A DNA stretch of 64,000 bases from Cyanobacteria bacterium P01_A01_bin.123 (GTDB taxonomy: Bacteria; Cyanobacteriota; Cyanobacteriia; Phormidesmidales; Phormidesmidaceae): the NCBI GenBank assembly GCA_039815185.1, contig JBCBZT010000012.1, positions 64,001 to 128,000 of the forward strand. The letters run 5' to 3'. The notes under the pieces were generated by a model. The model saw only the letters and a program-made list of their open reading frames with translations, did not search any database and was not told the DNA's origin. Of this stretch, positions 30,343-41,388 are shown piece by piece. Position numbers and translations under genes: made by a program. The stretch's first letter is position 1; each line of letters starts with the position of its first letter.

Positions 30343-30666
30343 TTAGTCTTGAGTCTCTACTGAAACCGCTTCGACGTCAATAGTGGGCCCCGTTTCATCT
30401 GAGACTGAGTCAGTTTCGGCGGTTGACGGTTTGACGGAGTTGGGGCCGCCGTTAGTGGTGCTTTCAATCAGCCATTGATAGACACTGGTGGCAAGCAGCA
30501 TAATTAATGCGACATCATCGATCTGCCCCAAGACTGGCAATAGGTCGGGCGATAAATCAAATGGGCTGACTAGATAAAGCACAGTGGCCAAAATCACCCA
30601 ACCTCGATAGCGGGGATTGAAAATTAGGGCACGATACCAGCGATAGAGAGCTTGGGCAGGATTCAT
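30343..30666 (-). CDS. YkvA/DUF1232 family membrane protein
   Basis: YLVSPFDLSPDLLPVLGQIDD. Confidence 0.85.
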   Translation of the reverse strand: MNPAQALYRWYRALIFNPRYRGWVILATVLYLVSPFDLSPDLLPVLGQIDDVALIMLLATSVYQWLIESTTNGGPNSVKPSTAETDSVSDETGPTIDVEAVSVETQD

Positions 30667-32321
30667 TAATTTGTTGTTTCTTGACTGTCTAACGGAACAC
30701 CCCACCAGGCGAGGGCGTAGTCTTGGGAGGGTGCGCTGTTGATTTGCTGGCGATACACCACCCGCAGCTTGTATTGCCCGGTTTCTGGAACTTGAAAGAA
30801 AATATGCTCGACGCTATCCACGTCGCTCTCTGAAGACCAGACGCTATTGCTGATGTCATCTTCATCGGCGGGTAGCAAGTACAGGTCTAGATTGTTTAAC
30901 CCCTGATCGCTAAAGGTTTCGCCCAGATCATAGAGATCGTTCTGATTGCTGTCGTCGAGCACCACCAGTCGATCCCACGCTAGGGTGGCGGCAATAAAGC
31001 TGCCGCCGACTAGGGGTTGGTCGATGCGGTAGTCCTGATAGGGGGTAGCGCTGGTAGCTTCGAGGGTGCTGTAGTTCCAACCGACGGCAGGCACCTGGGT
31101 ATCAGGCGTCCATTGGCCCGCGGCCAGTTGTTGGTAGGCCCGAAAGGCGTTTAAGTGTCCGGTACCGAGTTCAACGTGGAGGGGAATGCGGCGATCGCGA
31201 TAGGCATCGGAATCTAACCAATCGCGATTTCCTTCATCCAACAATGTACGGCTCATGCCAAGGCGTAGGCCGTCTCCTGTATCTTTAAGTTTGTCAGCAG
31301 CGTTAAGCATGACAGCCTTGGTGACCTCTGCCCGCCGGGAATCAAGGCTCCAGTTGGGCACGTCGGCGCGATATTGGCGATCGCCAAATTCTTGCAGCAG
31401 CGCCACCGTAGCCACCACGTGGGGTGCGGCAAAGCTACTGCCGCTACTGACCCGAGTCCTTCCGTCGGGATCAATCAATTCAATGTTGGCCCCAGGGGCG
31501 ACCAAATTAATCGAACGCCGGGGTCCTTCATTGCTCTCTGGCACAGGCGATCGCCCGGATTGCTCAGTCGGTTCACTGGTCAAGTTGGCATAATCAACCC
31601 GTGAAAACTCGCCGTCCACTTCCACCGAAAAGGCTACGTTAATGCCATTAAAGTTATCGGTCGGAATCGGAATACCGCCGCCCCCTTGATTACCGGCGAT
31701 CACATAGAGGATGTCGTGTACCCGATCTGACCAGTCAATACACTGGGTCAACAGCGCATTACCATCCAAAACAGGGTTAGGACGCGGATCGCGCGCCAGA
31801 GACTCGCCAAAACTAAAGTTAATCGCGCGCACATCCCCACCGTTTTGCAGGGCCACATGTTGGGATGCAAGGCATTCCTCAGGCTGACCGCTACGACCTT
31901 GCAGGGGGCCGACTGCTGCAGAGTAAAGCGTCGCATCAGGAGCCACCCCAGTCAGATCCTTAGCCTGACTGATCATCACGCTCGCGACGTTCCCTGCGTG
32001 GATGTCAACATACTGGTTGGGGGCAATTTGACCATCGATTAAAAAGACCCTACCCACCTCCACCAGCGCCGATGGGTTAGCCACTTTATCAAGGCCAAAC
32101 TGCCCTGGGCGACCAATCTCAACCTGACCAATGGCAATTTTTCGGCCGGTGATGTTGTAAGGCGCTTGGTGGAGCCGCAGGGCATCAATGCCGCCACTGC
32201 CGACAGACGTCGACAGCGCGATCGCCGGTAAACCCACCGCCGCACTCAAAGCCCCACCCAGTAATCCATATCGTTTTCGTAAAAAGCGCTTCAGTTGAAA
32301 AAAAGAAGAATTTGCCATCAA
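30666..32321 (-). CDS. S8 (subtilisin-like) serine peptidase
   Basis: IGQVEIGRPG, HAGNVA, AGN, SGSSFAAPHV; signal peptide. Confidence 0.85.
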   Translation of the reverse strand: MMANSSFFQLKRFLRKRYGLLGGALSAAVGLPAIALSTSVGSGGIDALRLHQAPYNITGRKIAIGQVEIGRPGQFGLDKVANPSALVEVGRVFLIDGQIAPNQYVDIHAGNVASVMISQAKDLTGVAPDATLYSAAVGPLQGRSGQPEECLASQHVALQNGGDVRAINFSFGESLARDPRPNPVLDGNALLTQCIDWSDRVHDILYVIAGNQGGGGIPIPTDNFNGINVAFSVEVDGEFSRVDYANLTSEPTEQSGRSPVPESNEGPRRSINLVAPGANIELIDPDGRTRVSSGSSFAAPHVVATVALLQEFGDRQYRADVPNWSLDSRRAEVTKAVMLNAADKLKDTGDGLRLGMSRTLLDEGNRDWLDSDAYRDRRIPLHVELGTGHLNAFRAYQQLAAGQWTPDTQVPAVGWNYSTLEATSATPYQDYRIDQPLVGGSFIAATLAWDRLVVLDDSNQNDLYDLGETFSDQGLNNLDLYLLPADEDDISNSVWSSESDVDSVEHIFFQVPETGQYKLRVVYRQQINSAPSQDYALAWWGVPLDSQETTN

Positions 32322-32515
32322 GGGTCAAGCCTTATCTAAGTCCAGAGGGGGTAGTTTCGCTCAGGAAAAACGTTAGCTTTTCAATTGGAATTGAGATTAC
32401 GCCAACATCGCCGAGCTCCATCCCGAGTCTAAAGAGTCTGATCTCAACCTGGCTAGGAGGAATCTAAAGACTTTGTTACGATAGATACGACAGTCTTGAT
32501 AGGAGGGAGCCACCC

Positions 32516-33217
32516 GTGAGCCAGTCCAAGAAATCCGTTGTTATTTCCCCATCAATTCTATCAGCCGACTTTAGTCGGTTGGGAGATGAGATTCGTGCTG
32601 CTGATGAAGCCGGTGCCGATTGGATTCATGTTGATGTGATGGATGGTCGCTTCGTGCCCAACATCACCATTGGCCCTCTGATTGTGCAAGCCATTCGTCC
32701 GATTACCCAAAAGCCTCTAGACGTTCATTTGATGATCGTCGAACCCGAAAAATACGTCGCCGATTTTGCCAAAGCCGGGGCTGACATCATCTCGGTTCAT
32801 GCTGAGCACAATGCGTCTCCCCACCTGCATCGCACGCTGGGGCAAATTCGGGAACTGGGCAAGCAAGCGGGTGTGGTGCTCAACCCGTCTACGCCGCTCT
32901 CTCTAATCGAACATGTTTTGCCGCTGTGTGACTTGGTGTTGATTATGAGTGTGAACCCTGGTTTTGGCGGTCAAAGCTTTATTCCTGAAATGGTGTCTAA
33001 GGTCCGGGCCCTCCGCCAAATGTGCGACGAGCGTGGTCTAGATCCCTGGATTGAGGTCGATGGCGGTCTTAAAGTCAACAACACCTGGCAGGTGTTAGAG
33101 GCGGGCGCAAACGCCATCGTGGCTGGGTCTGCGGTATTTAAGGCCGATGACTATGCGACGGCCATTGAAGGCATTCGCCACAGCAAGCGCCCTGCCCCTG
33201 AACTAGCTGCTGTCTAA
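32516..33217 (+). CDS. rpe: Ribulose-phosphate 3-epimerase
   Basis: [36 protein letters not shown]. Confidence 0.97.
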   Translation: MSQSKKSVVISPSILSADFSRLGDEIRAADEAGADWIHVDVMDGRFVPNITIGPLIVQAIRPITQKPLDVHLMIVEPEKYVADFAKAGADIISVHAEHNASPHLHRTLGQIRELGKQAGVVLNPSTPLSLIEHVLPLCDLVLIMSVNPGFGGQSFIPEMVSKVRALRQMCDERGLDPWIEVDGGLKVNNTWQVLEAGANAIVAGSAVFKADDYATAIEGIRHSKRPAPELAAV

Positions 33218-33306
33218 GGCATACGCTTTGCGGATAACTGAAGAATAGCTCGGAGGCGCGATCGCACTTAAATGCGATCGCGTTTTTATGTAGGATTGGC
33301 CAATTG

Positions 33307-33409
33307 ATAGCGCTGGCCGGATTGCTGAGTGCACCTAGTATTGCTGGGATGCTCAGCACACCAGCAATCTGGCTCGCCGTAGCGCACAAAGCTTTGTGGC
33401 TACGGCTGT
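33307..33409 (+). repeat. ~103-bp element, copy D
   Basis: Homologous to copy A, with compensatory substitutions. Confidence 0.9.
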
Positions 33410-33549
33410 ATAAGGGGGAAGGGGGGATCTGTCCAGTCTTTGGGTGTAGTTCAGTTTTAGAGAACTGGTATAAACCCTTTATGTGAAAAAACGTCACAGC
33501 TTTGCTGTGACGCCTTGCACTATGGGAAAACGAAGCTTGATGAGTCGCC

Positions 33550-34275
33550 TTAGTAGGGTTCAGCCCCCTCCTCATTAGCTTCTTGCTCTTCCAACGCCCT
33601 ACGCTCTGCCTCGTTCAGCATCTGCGTTGCTTCCCCTTGATTCAAATTAATCTCTTCTTCAGGCGTACCCACAAAGAACAAAGTAATGAAGATAGTCGCC
33701 ATCGCGGCCAAAAATACTCCGACAGCCGCAAGTAAGCCCAGCTTGGCAACGGGAATGCTCTTACGAACCGCAAAAATTGTAATTGCAAACACCGACGCTA
33801 AGAAAAGCTGGGATACGAAGCTCATTGTTGGGAATGCTGAGCACAAAGTAATCAGCAGTGTGTCAAATGCGATCGCTAGTAAAAAGATTTGGAGCCGCTG
33901 CCAGTAAATGCTCGAAGCCTTGTTTAAGGAATACTGGAAGGGAACCCAGAGGTTTTTGTCAAACGCCTTGAGCAAATCTTGCAGGGCAAATACAACCACA
34001 CTCGATATTGTCACGAACGCGGTGATCCACTGCAAATAGACCATCGCCCCTAGATTGCCTTGGCGAAACTGTACCACTGCTGCAATTGTGGCACTCATCC
34101 CAAACACAATGACAACCGAGAGGAGCACCCAAGCCGCATTGACGAACAAGTTAGCCATCACCCGAACTCTTTTGGGTGTGGCCTTCCAGCGACGACTTGC
34201 GGCAGAACTTGAACGCTGAACACCCAGCGAACTAGGTACCAACGCAGAAGAACTAGGTGCCTTTTGATAAATCAT
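33550..34275 (-). CDS. Hypothetical multi-pass membrane protein
   Basis: 241 aa, ~5 hydrophobic segments. Confidence 0.7.
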   Translation of the reverse strand: MIYQKAPSSSALVPSSLGVQRSSSAASRRWKATPKRVRVMANLFVNAAWVLLSVVIVFGMSATIAAVVQFRQGNLGAMVYLQWITAFVTISSVVVFALQDLLKAFDKNLWVPFQYSLNKASSIYWQRLQIFLLAIAFDTLLITLCSAFPTMSFVSQLFLASVFAITIFAVRKSIPVAKLGLLAAVGVFLAAMATIFITLFFVGTPEEEINLNQGEATQMLNEAERRALEEQEANEEGAEPY

Positions 34276-34788
34276 TTTTCCGCTTTCCGCCCGTAGAGTT
34301 TCAAGTAAGTCAGATGAAAAATTGCCAACAAGTAATGGTTCAACCAGACGTAAGTTTAAATTAAACTCTGTTCAACCAATAACCTCGGTAAATACACCAT
34401 AGTTAACTCATGATATTGCAATCAAGATATTGGAGATTGCGTAGTGTAAGCAAGGCGTTTAGGCAATCTTTATAGTCTCCATAAGAAGGATGTTGGTAAA
34501 ATCCGCAACACTTCATTTGAGGTTCATGATACCAGGGTATCTACCTAACGCATTACCAGGATACTTTGGCGATCGATCTTAAACAAACTTCTAGTAAGGA
34601 GTGTGCAGGATCGCTATAGTTCGCGCCGTCAGTCAGGTTTCGAGTCGGTACGTCAGCGGAGCACTGGGTCGAGTTGAGCATAATGCCAGAGAGATATAGC
34701 TGGGTGTGATGGAGGCAACTTCTACCAGGTGCCTTGGTTCGATAAGTTTGAAGTAGATATCTAGTCATAAAACGCAAGGGATTGATAT

Positions 34789-36771
34789 ATGGGTGCCAAG
34801 CCATCGACTGAGCAGCATAACGGAAAATTGGCCATTCATCGGTCGGGGGCTTCGGTAAGTTCAAAGGTAGACCTGCCAACCCCTCGCCCCTGGACCATTG
34901 AAGATAGCGAGGAGCTTTACCAAATTCAGGGTTGGGGTGAGCCCTACTTTTCAATCAATGCTGCCGGGCATATGACGGTGTCGCCTAAGGGCGATCGCGG
35001 CGGATCCCTTGATCTTTATGACTTAGTTGAAGCGCTAAAGTTGCGTAATCTGGGTCTACCTATCCTGATTCGGTTCTCGGACATCTTGGAAAATCGGATC
35101 GAGCGGCTGAATGCCTGCTTTGCCAAAGCGATCGCTCGCTATCGGTATAACGGCGAGTATCGTGGCGTATTTCCGGTGAAATGTAATCAGCAGCGCCATC
35201 TGATTGAAGCCTTGGTGCGCTTTGGCAAACCCCACCAGTTTGGTCTAGAAGCGGGGTCTAAACCAGAATTAATGATTGCCTTGGCCACCCTCAATACCCC
35301 AGGAGCGCTATTAATCTGCAACGGCTATAAAGACCAAGAATATGTTGAAACGGCTATGCTCAGCCAAAGATTGGGGCAAACCCCAATTATTGTGGTTGAG
35401 CAACTGAAGGAGCTGGAGTTGGTGATCGACGCCAGTCGGCGGCTCAATATTCGCCCCATGCTGGGGGTGAGGGCTAAACTGACGGCCAAGGGGATGGGGC
35501 GCTGGGGCAGCTCTGTGGGCGATCGCGCTAAATTTGGCCTCACCGTGCTCGAAATTCTGACTGCTGTGGAACGGTTGAAGGTCGCAGGTATGTTGGATTG
35601 TTTGCGACTACTGCATTTTCACATTGGCTCTCAAATTTCCTCGATTAGCGTGATTAAAGATGCCCTGCGAGAAGCGGCCCAAATTTACGTGGAACTGGTT
35701 AAATTGTCAGCCCCCATGGGTTATCTGGACGTGGGGGGCGGCTTGGGCGTCGATTATGACGGGTCTAAAACCAACTTCCATGCGTCTAAGAATTACAGCA
35801 TGCAAAACTACGCCAATGACGTCGTAGCTGAGATCAAAGAAGCCTGTGATGCTGCTGATATCACCGTACCGACCCTGGTCAGTGAAAGTGGCCGCGCGAT
35901 CGCCTCCCATCAGTCGATTTTAGTGTTTGACGTGTTGGGGAGCAGTGAAGTCCCCAAGGGCCTTCCAGAGCCAGCTCAACCCGATGAACACCTAATCATT
36001 CGCAATCTCTACGAGACCTACCGCTCGATCACCCTGAACAATTATCAAGAGGCTTACCACGACGCCATCCAGTTCAAAGATGAAGCGACCAGCTTATTTG
36101 GCTTTGGCTATCTTAGCCTGCGTGAACGAGCCAGAACGGAGCGTCTGTTTTGGGCCTGTTGCGAACGGATTATGACCCTAGTGCACGATGAAGACTATGT
36201 CCCTGACGATCTTGAGGATCTCGAGACGATCATGGCTTCGATCTACTACGTGAACATTTCCGTCTTTCAATCAGCTCCAGACAGTTGGGCCATCGATCAG
36301 CTGTTTCCAATTGTGCCAATTCATCGCCTGGATGAAGAACCAACCTGCCGCGCTACCCTGGCCGACCTGACTTGCGACAGCGACGGCAAAATCGATCAGT
36401 TTATCGATCTACGTGATGTGAAATCGGTGCTAGAACTGCATGCCCTTAAACCAGAACAACCCTATTATCTGGGCATGTTTCTCAACGGCGCCTACCAGGA
36501 AATTATGGGTAGCCTGCACAATCTGTTTGGCGATACCAACGCTGTCCACATTAATATGACGCCCAAGGGGTATCAGGTCGAACATGTGGTCAAAGGGGAC
36601 AGTATGACCGAGGTGCTGGGTTATGTGCAGTATGACGTGGAAGATTTGATCGAAAATCTACGCAAGTGCTCGGAACACGCGCTACAAGAAGGCAAAATTA
36701 CGCTGCAAGAAGCTCAAATGCTGCTGCAAAACTACGAGCGTAGCTTAACTGGGTATACGTATCTAGCGTGA
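34789..36771 (+). CDS. speA: Biosynthetic arginine decarboxylase
   Basis: YQIQGWGEPYF, FPVKCNQ, GLEAGSKPEL, HFHIGSQ, DLTCDSDG. Confidence 0.96.
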   Translation: MGAKPSTEQHNGKLAIHRSGASVSSKVDLPTPRPWTIEDSEELYQIQGWGEPYFSINAAGHMTVSPKGDRGGSLDLYDLVEALKLRNLGLPILIRFSDILENRIERLNACFAKAIARYRYNGEYRGVFPVKCNQQRHLIEALVRFGKPHQFGLEAGSKPELMIALATLNTPGALLICNGYKDQEYVETAMLSQRLGQTPIIVVEQLKELELVIDASRRLNIRPMLGVRAKLTAKGMGRWGSSVGDRAKFGLTVLEILTAVERLKVAGMLDCLRLLHFHIGSQISSISVIKDALREAAQIYVELVKLSAPMGYLDVGGGLGVDYDGSKTNFHASKNYSMQNYANDVVAEIKEACDAADITVPTLVSESGRAIASHQSILVFDVLGSSEVPKGLPEPAQPDEHLIIRNLYETYRSITLNNYQEAYHDAIQFKDEATSLFGFGYLSLRERARTERLFWACCERIMTLVHDEDYVPDDLEDLETIMASIYYVNISVFQSAPDSWAIDQLFPIVPIHRLDEEPTCRATLADLTCDSDGKIDQFIDLRDVKSVLELHALKPEQPYYLGMFLNGAYQEIMGSLHNLFGDTNAVHINMTPKGYQVEHVVKGDSMTEVLGYVQYDVEDLIENLRKCSEHALQEGKITLQEAQMLLQNYERSLTGYTYLA

Positions 36772-36802
36772 ATTGGGCAATAGAAGTCGATGTAATTGAG
36801 AT

Positions 36803-37264
36803 CTAGCGACTCGCAAAGGGTTTGAGCCAGCCTTGACTCAGCCCCCAATCGAGCAAAGCTGCGACAATGGCAAACAACAGCAGGCTCTCGCCAATGGCGG
36901 CGAGGAACGGCCAAAAATGTTGGTTAAGGGCAGAACCTACGTCCACTAACGCCAGCCCCCGCACCAAACCAAAGGCCAAGACCACGCCACTTTTGAGTTG
37001 GGGATTATTGTCTTGCCGCACGGCGTAGCGGTAGTTGAGGCCAAACAAAGCCCCGGATAGCGCTGCGATCGCACTGCTAATCCAAAACGTTTGGCCACCC
37101 AAACCCTGCGTTATCATCGCCAGCGCGGCTGGCCAGCCCACTGCGTCAATGCGGTGCCAAAGCAGCAATAGGATGCCAAACAACAACGCTGCTGTACCAG
37201 CGACGAGCCCGGCTTTGACTGACTCAAGTCGCTCTTGGGGCGTGAATGGATTCGAAGGCTGCAT
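36803..37264 (-). CDS. Conserved hypothetical membrane protein
   Basis: ERLESVKAG, LFGL.YRYAVRQD.NPQLKSGVVLAFGLVRGLA. Confidence 0.75.
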   Translation of the reverse strand: MQPSNPFTPQERLESVKAGLVAGTAALLFGILLLLWHRIDAVGWPAALAMITQGLGGQTFWISSAIAALSGALFGLNYRYAVRQDNNPQLKSGVVLAFGLVRGLALVDVGSALNQHFWPFLAAIGESLLLFAIVAALLDWGLSQGWLKPFASR

Positions 37265-37339
37265 GGGGTCACATTCCCGACAAACTTTACCGTATGATGA
37301 AGAATGTCATCATCAACACTTTTAATTTAGACATCTCCT

Positions 37340-37429
37340 ATGGATATCTTGACGCTGGGTTGGGTTTCTTTGCTAGTCGTTTTCACCTTTTCAATTTCGT
37401 TGGTCGTTTGGGCCCGTAATGGCCTGTAA
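37340..37429 (+). CDS. petN: Cytochrome b6f subunit VIII (not in ORF track)
   Basis: Translates to [29 protein letters not shown]. Confidence 0.96.
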   Translation: MDILTLGWVSLLVVFTFSISLVVWARNGL

Positions 37430-37504
37430 ACCCACCCAAGTTTGCATTAAGTAGGGGCATGCATGCCATGCCCTGAGCATGATTTTAGTGGACGAAGGTT
37501 AAGT

Positions 37505-37684
37505 ATGGGTTTGGTCGCCGAAAGCCAAATTTACACCGTTCTTGCAGTGCTGGCCTTTGTGTTGATGGCAACTGTAACTGGCGGCGTGGTGTATTTGACC
37601 GCCGCAGAATGGCGCGATCGCCGCCGCCGTGGTCGTGACCAGCAGGGCGCTAGCAAAGGCACTCGCCGTAGTCGTAAATCGTGA
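37505..37684 (+). CDS. Small single-TM hypothetical protein
   Basis: TM helix followed by EWRDRRRR; stop overlaps the rsmB start. Confidence 0.65.
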   Translation: MGLVAESQIYTVLAVLAFVLMATVTGGVVYLTAAEWRDRRRRGRDQQGASKGTRRSRKS

Positions 37685-39030
37685 TCATCCAAGATGCCCG
37701 TCAGTTGGCCTTGGTTGTGTTGCAAACAGTGCGTCGGGGTGCCTTTGCTGATGTGGCCCTTGATCAAGGCTTTGCTAAGGCAGATTTGTCGAGTCGCGAT
37801 CGCGGTCTGGCCACCGAATTAGTTTATGGTAGCCTGCGTCGTCAGCGCACTTTGGATGCTCTGATTGATCAGCTAGGCAAAAAAAAGGCTGAACAGCAAC
37901 CCCCAGATTTGCGCCTGATTTTGCACCTAGGCTTTTATCAACTGCGCTATCTCGATCAAATTCCAGTCTCAGCAGCGGTCGATACCACGGTTAACCTAGC
38001 GAAACAGAATGGCCTGAGCCGTTTAGCCTCAGTGGTGAATGGCATTTTACGTCAGTATGCTCGACTCGCTGATCGAGGGCAAGATCAGGGCGATGTGTTG
38101 CAACTGCCTGCCGATCCGATCCAACAGTTGGGGATACTGCACAGCTTCCCCGACTGGATTGTGGAGTGTTTTCGCCAGACATTGCCTCTACCGGAAGTTG
38201 ATGCGCTTTGTGATTGGTTGAATCGCTCACCGACTCTCGATTTACGCATTAATTCCCACATTACTACCCGAGATGCGGTTGAAGCCACCTTCAAGTCTGC
38301 CCAAGTCGCCGTAGAACACTTGCCCCACCTACCCCACGCCCTGCGCCTCAGCGAACATGTGGGCGCACTTCACACGCTACCCGGTTATGCCGAGGGTTGG
38401 TGGAGTGTGCAAGACGGCAGCGCCCAACTCGTAGCCCAACTGGTTGATCCCCAACCGGGGGAAACTATTATCGATGCTTGTGCGGCCCCTGGGGGCAAGG
38501 CGACTCATCTGGCAGAACTGATGGGCGATCGCGGACGGGTGATCGCTTGCGATCGCGCTGCTTCTCGGTTGAAAAAAGTGGCGCAAAATAGCTACCGACT
38601 GAAGCTCAACAGCATTGAAGCCCATTGTGTCGATAGCACTGACCACCCGGCCTTTCAAAACCTGGGCGATCGCGTCTTAGTGGATGCTCCGTGCTCTGGC
38701 CTCGGCACCCTCCACCGCCACGCCGATGCCCGCTGGCGACAAACTCCTGAAAGTGTAGACGGGTTAACCCAGCTTCAGCAAACTATCTTGAACCACACCG
38801 CAACCTGGGTGAAACCTGGTGGGCTGCTCGTTTATGCAACCTGTACCCTCCACCCTGCCGAAAATGAAGGCGTGGTTCAAGCCTTTCTCAATCAGCACCC
38901 CGCCTGGGAAGTTGAAGCCCCTGAGGGAGATCTCAGCGCGATCGCCTCTCCCGGAGGTTGGATCAAGCGTTGGCCCCACCGCGACGACACCGATGGATTT
39001 TTCATTGCCCGTCTGCGTCATCATCGTTAG
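37681..39030 (+). CDS. rsmB: 16S rRNA m5C967 methyltransferase
   Basis: NusB-like N-terminus, DACAAPGGKA, DAPCSGLG, YATCT, DGFF. Confidence 0.93.
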   Translation: MIIQDARQLALVVLQTVRRGAFADVALDQGFAKADLSSRDRGLATELVYGSLRRQRTLDALIDQLGKKKAEQQPPDLRLILHLGFYQLRYLDQIPVSAAVDTTVNLAKQNGLSRLASVVNGILRQYARLADRGQDQGDVLQLPADPIQQLGILHSFPDWIVECFRQTLPLPEVDALCDWLNRSPTLDLRINSHITTRDAVEATFKSAQVAVEHLPHLPHALRLSEHVGALHTLPGYAEGWWSVQDGSAQLVAQLVDPQPGETIIDACAAPGGKATHLAELMGDRGRVIACDRAASRLKKVAQNSYRLKLNSIEAHCVDSTDHPAFQNLGDRVLVDAPCSGLGTLHRHADARWRQTPESVDGLTQLQQTILNHTATWVKPGGLLVYATCTLHPAENEGVVQAFLNQHPAWEVEAPEGDLSAIASPGGWIKRWPHRDDTDGFFIARLRHHR

Positions 39031-39075
39031 GGGCCATCATCGTTAAGCGTTGGATTAGGAGACACCAAAGTAGGA

Positions 39076-39327
39076 CTATTGGTTCTGCTCCGCTTGTTCC
39101 AACTTTTCCCGAGAATCACCCCAGTAGGCACTGTAGGTCCACTCTTCATTGCTGCCTTTGTCTTCGACCGACCAGCGATAGGTGGCAATCTTTGGGTTCA
39201 CGCCCACTTCAATCAGCTTGGCCCCCATGTAATATTCCATCTGATTACGCGTCCGCTGCTTAAAGAACTCTGATTGGGCCTTGGGCAACGTGCGGGACAT
39301 GTGAGCCTGGGTGTGTTTCGCCATCAA
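39076..39327 (-). CDS. Conserved hypothetical protein
   Basis: 83-aa ORF filling the intergenic space. Confidence 0.65.
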   Translation of the reverse strand: MMAKHTQAHMSRTLPKAQSEFFKQRTRNQMEYYMGAKLIEVGVNPKIATYRWSVEDKGSNEEWTYSAYWGDSREKLEQAEQNQ

Positions 39328-39428
39328 TTACAAACCTATCGTCATTCAAATTAAGTGCAATCATGCCATTTGGCATAGTCTCTTATTTTGAATGACAAGC
39401 GTAGTCGGAGCAAACGCTGACTCAGGCA

Positions 39429-39773
39429 TTAGCTGACGGCTGCCAGGACACCGGGCAAGCCGATTTCACTGCAAACCTCATAAAAGCGAGTCACGGGTGG
39501 GGTTTCAAACAGGTGAGAAATCTTGCTGAGGGCAGCTTGATGCACCTCATTGTGGGCTTGGGCATCCATGTCACCGACGTTTTCCCATAGGATGATGGCA
39601 ATCCCGCGATCGCTGTCGGGTTCTTGCAGCAAGTAAGCCCCCTTGAACCCTTGGGAATAGGTCGAGACAGCCTGCTCGTAGAGTTGACGCGCTTCTGTAA
39701 ACGTACCGGGCTTAAATTCGCCAATGGCGACATAGGCAGACTTGTGCTTCAAGAAATCTGAAAATTCACTCAT
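39429..39773 (-). CDS. Antibiotic-biosynthesis-monooxygenase-like (dimeric alpha/beta barrel) protein
   Basis: FKPG, GFKGAYLL, IILWE, FYEV pattern; GGAGG RBS. Confidence 0.7.
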   Translation of the reverse strand: MSEFSDFLKHKSAYVAIGEFKPGTFTEARQLYEQAVSTYSQGFKGAYLLQEPDSDRGIAIILWENVGDMDAQAHNEVHQAALSKISHLFETPPVTRFYEVCSEIGLPGVLAAVS

Positions 39774-40007
39774 AGGGGGCCTCCTGTTCTATGGGGTTAG
39801 GCCATTAGTTTCCCTCACTTGATCGCCAACCCGCAGAAATCTTGGTCAGGTTTTAGATTCTGTTGTCTAAATCGACAAAAGTATGGAGAATCATTGCGCT
39901 GTTATGTGTGGGTGTTAACAAACGCTGCATTATCCCATTGCTGACAGAGAACAAGATTTAGTTAGTACTAGCCGCCCTAGTCGTATTAACCCTGAGACCA
40001 CTCCATC

Positions 40008-41207
40008 TCACAGCAAATAAACGGGTTGAATTTCAGCATAAAATCTATTAAAAGTAGAGGTGCGATAGCTGGTGTAGACCTGTTGAACCGTTTCCATCGC
40101 CTCGGGTAGCAAATGCCCTGCCAATTCAACGTCTTTGCCTCGTCTTTGAATCATCAGTGCCGCGTTTTTCATACCAGGCACTTTTGTGGATCTCTCTTGT
40201 TCTCTCAGGGGTGACAAGCTGGATTTCTCAATGCCAAAAACTTGACGGCGATATCCAAAGAGTATCTCGTATGCAGTCAGATTGTTATCGTCAAAGCTTA
40301 GAACCACCTTGGCAAACAACAAATATAGGAATTTACTCCAAATAAAATAGACGACAGCTGTAAAAAATAAGACTTGGAACCCCCAAGCTGGCAGAATAAG
40401 GAAAAGATTGTCTGAGGCTATCGGATCGTTTAGATAGTCAGACAGCCCAAACACAACCATTACAACCAAGCCATATAGAGCGAACAGGAAAAACATTAAA
40501 GGCACACAGATTATTGCAAAGTTCTCTTGTAAATCTTGAGAGGAAATTTTATAAAATTCAATTCTTATTGAGTCTGACTGTTTTTGAACAACGAAAGCAC
40601 GTGAAGTAAAGAAGCCTATTAGTTTCTTGATGAGAGATTCTGATGATCTTGACTCGGGAAAGTCAGCCATCTCTTTAGGATATTGAACACTGGGTAATTG
40701 TTCTTGATAACAGTCATCTAAGAACGCTCCCTCTGACCCATAAGCAATTTTCAGGCTAACCATCATCTGGAAGATTAGTCCAAAGAAAGGAATAATGCAG
40801 AACATCACGACTGGGCTTTTACTGATCAGTAGATCTGGCAATATACGAATAAATTCTGAGAATATTTTAAGCGGATTAGTTGTGAGTGGATGAGTGATTT
40901 CTAGATCTTGGTTATAGATAAAACTATCAACTGCTGCTACTGTATAGGGGATAAAACACCACAGTCCAAAAATTAGCGTCCCTAAACTTTTGAATAGATT
41001 CAATGGTGTCAAACCTTGCCATTGCCACCGATACTTTTGGCGATGCTGAATCGCAAACTTTATGAGTATCCCAGCCCAAAGACCGGCCAGCACAATCCTC
41101 GAAATACCGTTGATGGGCAGCAGCATTTGCAAGCCCATGCCCATGAAAAAGGTGAAAAAAAGCTTGTGGTCGAATGAAGCAGCGTTCTTCCGGGATTGGC
41201 GTTGCAT
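40008..41207 (-). CDS. Hypothetical multi-pass membrane protein, AT-rich
   Basis: 399 aa, ~6 TM segments; visibly lower GC than its flanks. Confidence 0.7.
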   Translation of the reverse strand: MQRQSRKNAASFDHKLFFTFFMGMGLQMLLPINGISRIVLAGLWAGILIKFAIQHRQKYRWQWQGLTPLNLFKSLGTLIFGLWCFIPYTVAAVDSFIYNQDLEITHPLTTNPLKIFSEFIRILPDLLISKSPVVMFCIIPFFGLIFQMMVSLKIAYGSEGAFLDDCYQEQLPSVQYPKEMADFPESRSSESLIKKLIGFFTSRAFVVQKQSDSIRIEFYKISSQDLQENFAIICVPLMFFLFALYGLVVMVVFGLSDYLNDPIASDNLFLILPAWGFQVLFFTAVVYFIWSKFLYLLFAKVVLSFDDNNLTAYEILFGYRRQVFGIEKSSLSPLREQERSTKVPGMKNAALMIQRRGKDVELAGHLLPEAMETVQQVYTSYRTSTFNRFYAEIQPVYLL

Positions 41208-41388
41208 GGTAAATAAATTTGCAATCAGAAATCACAACTATTAGCGTTCCCATTCAGTAGTCCCTTCTCGAAACATCTGCATGGAGAACTCCTGACAGGT
41301 TGCTTCAATCCCATGGCAACTATGCTTTGACCAGAATTTTTTGTCCATTTCTGCGTATACTGACCAGGGAACAACACCAGAGGCAACA

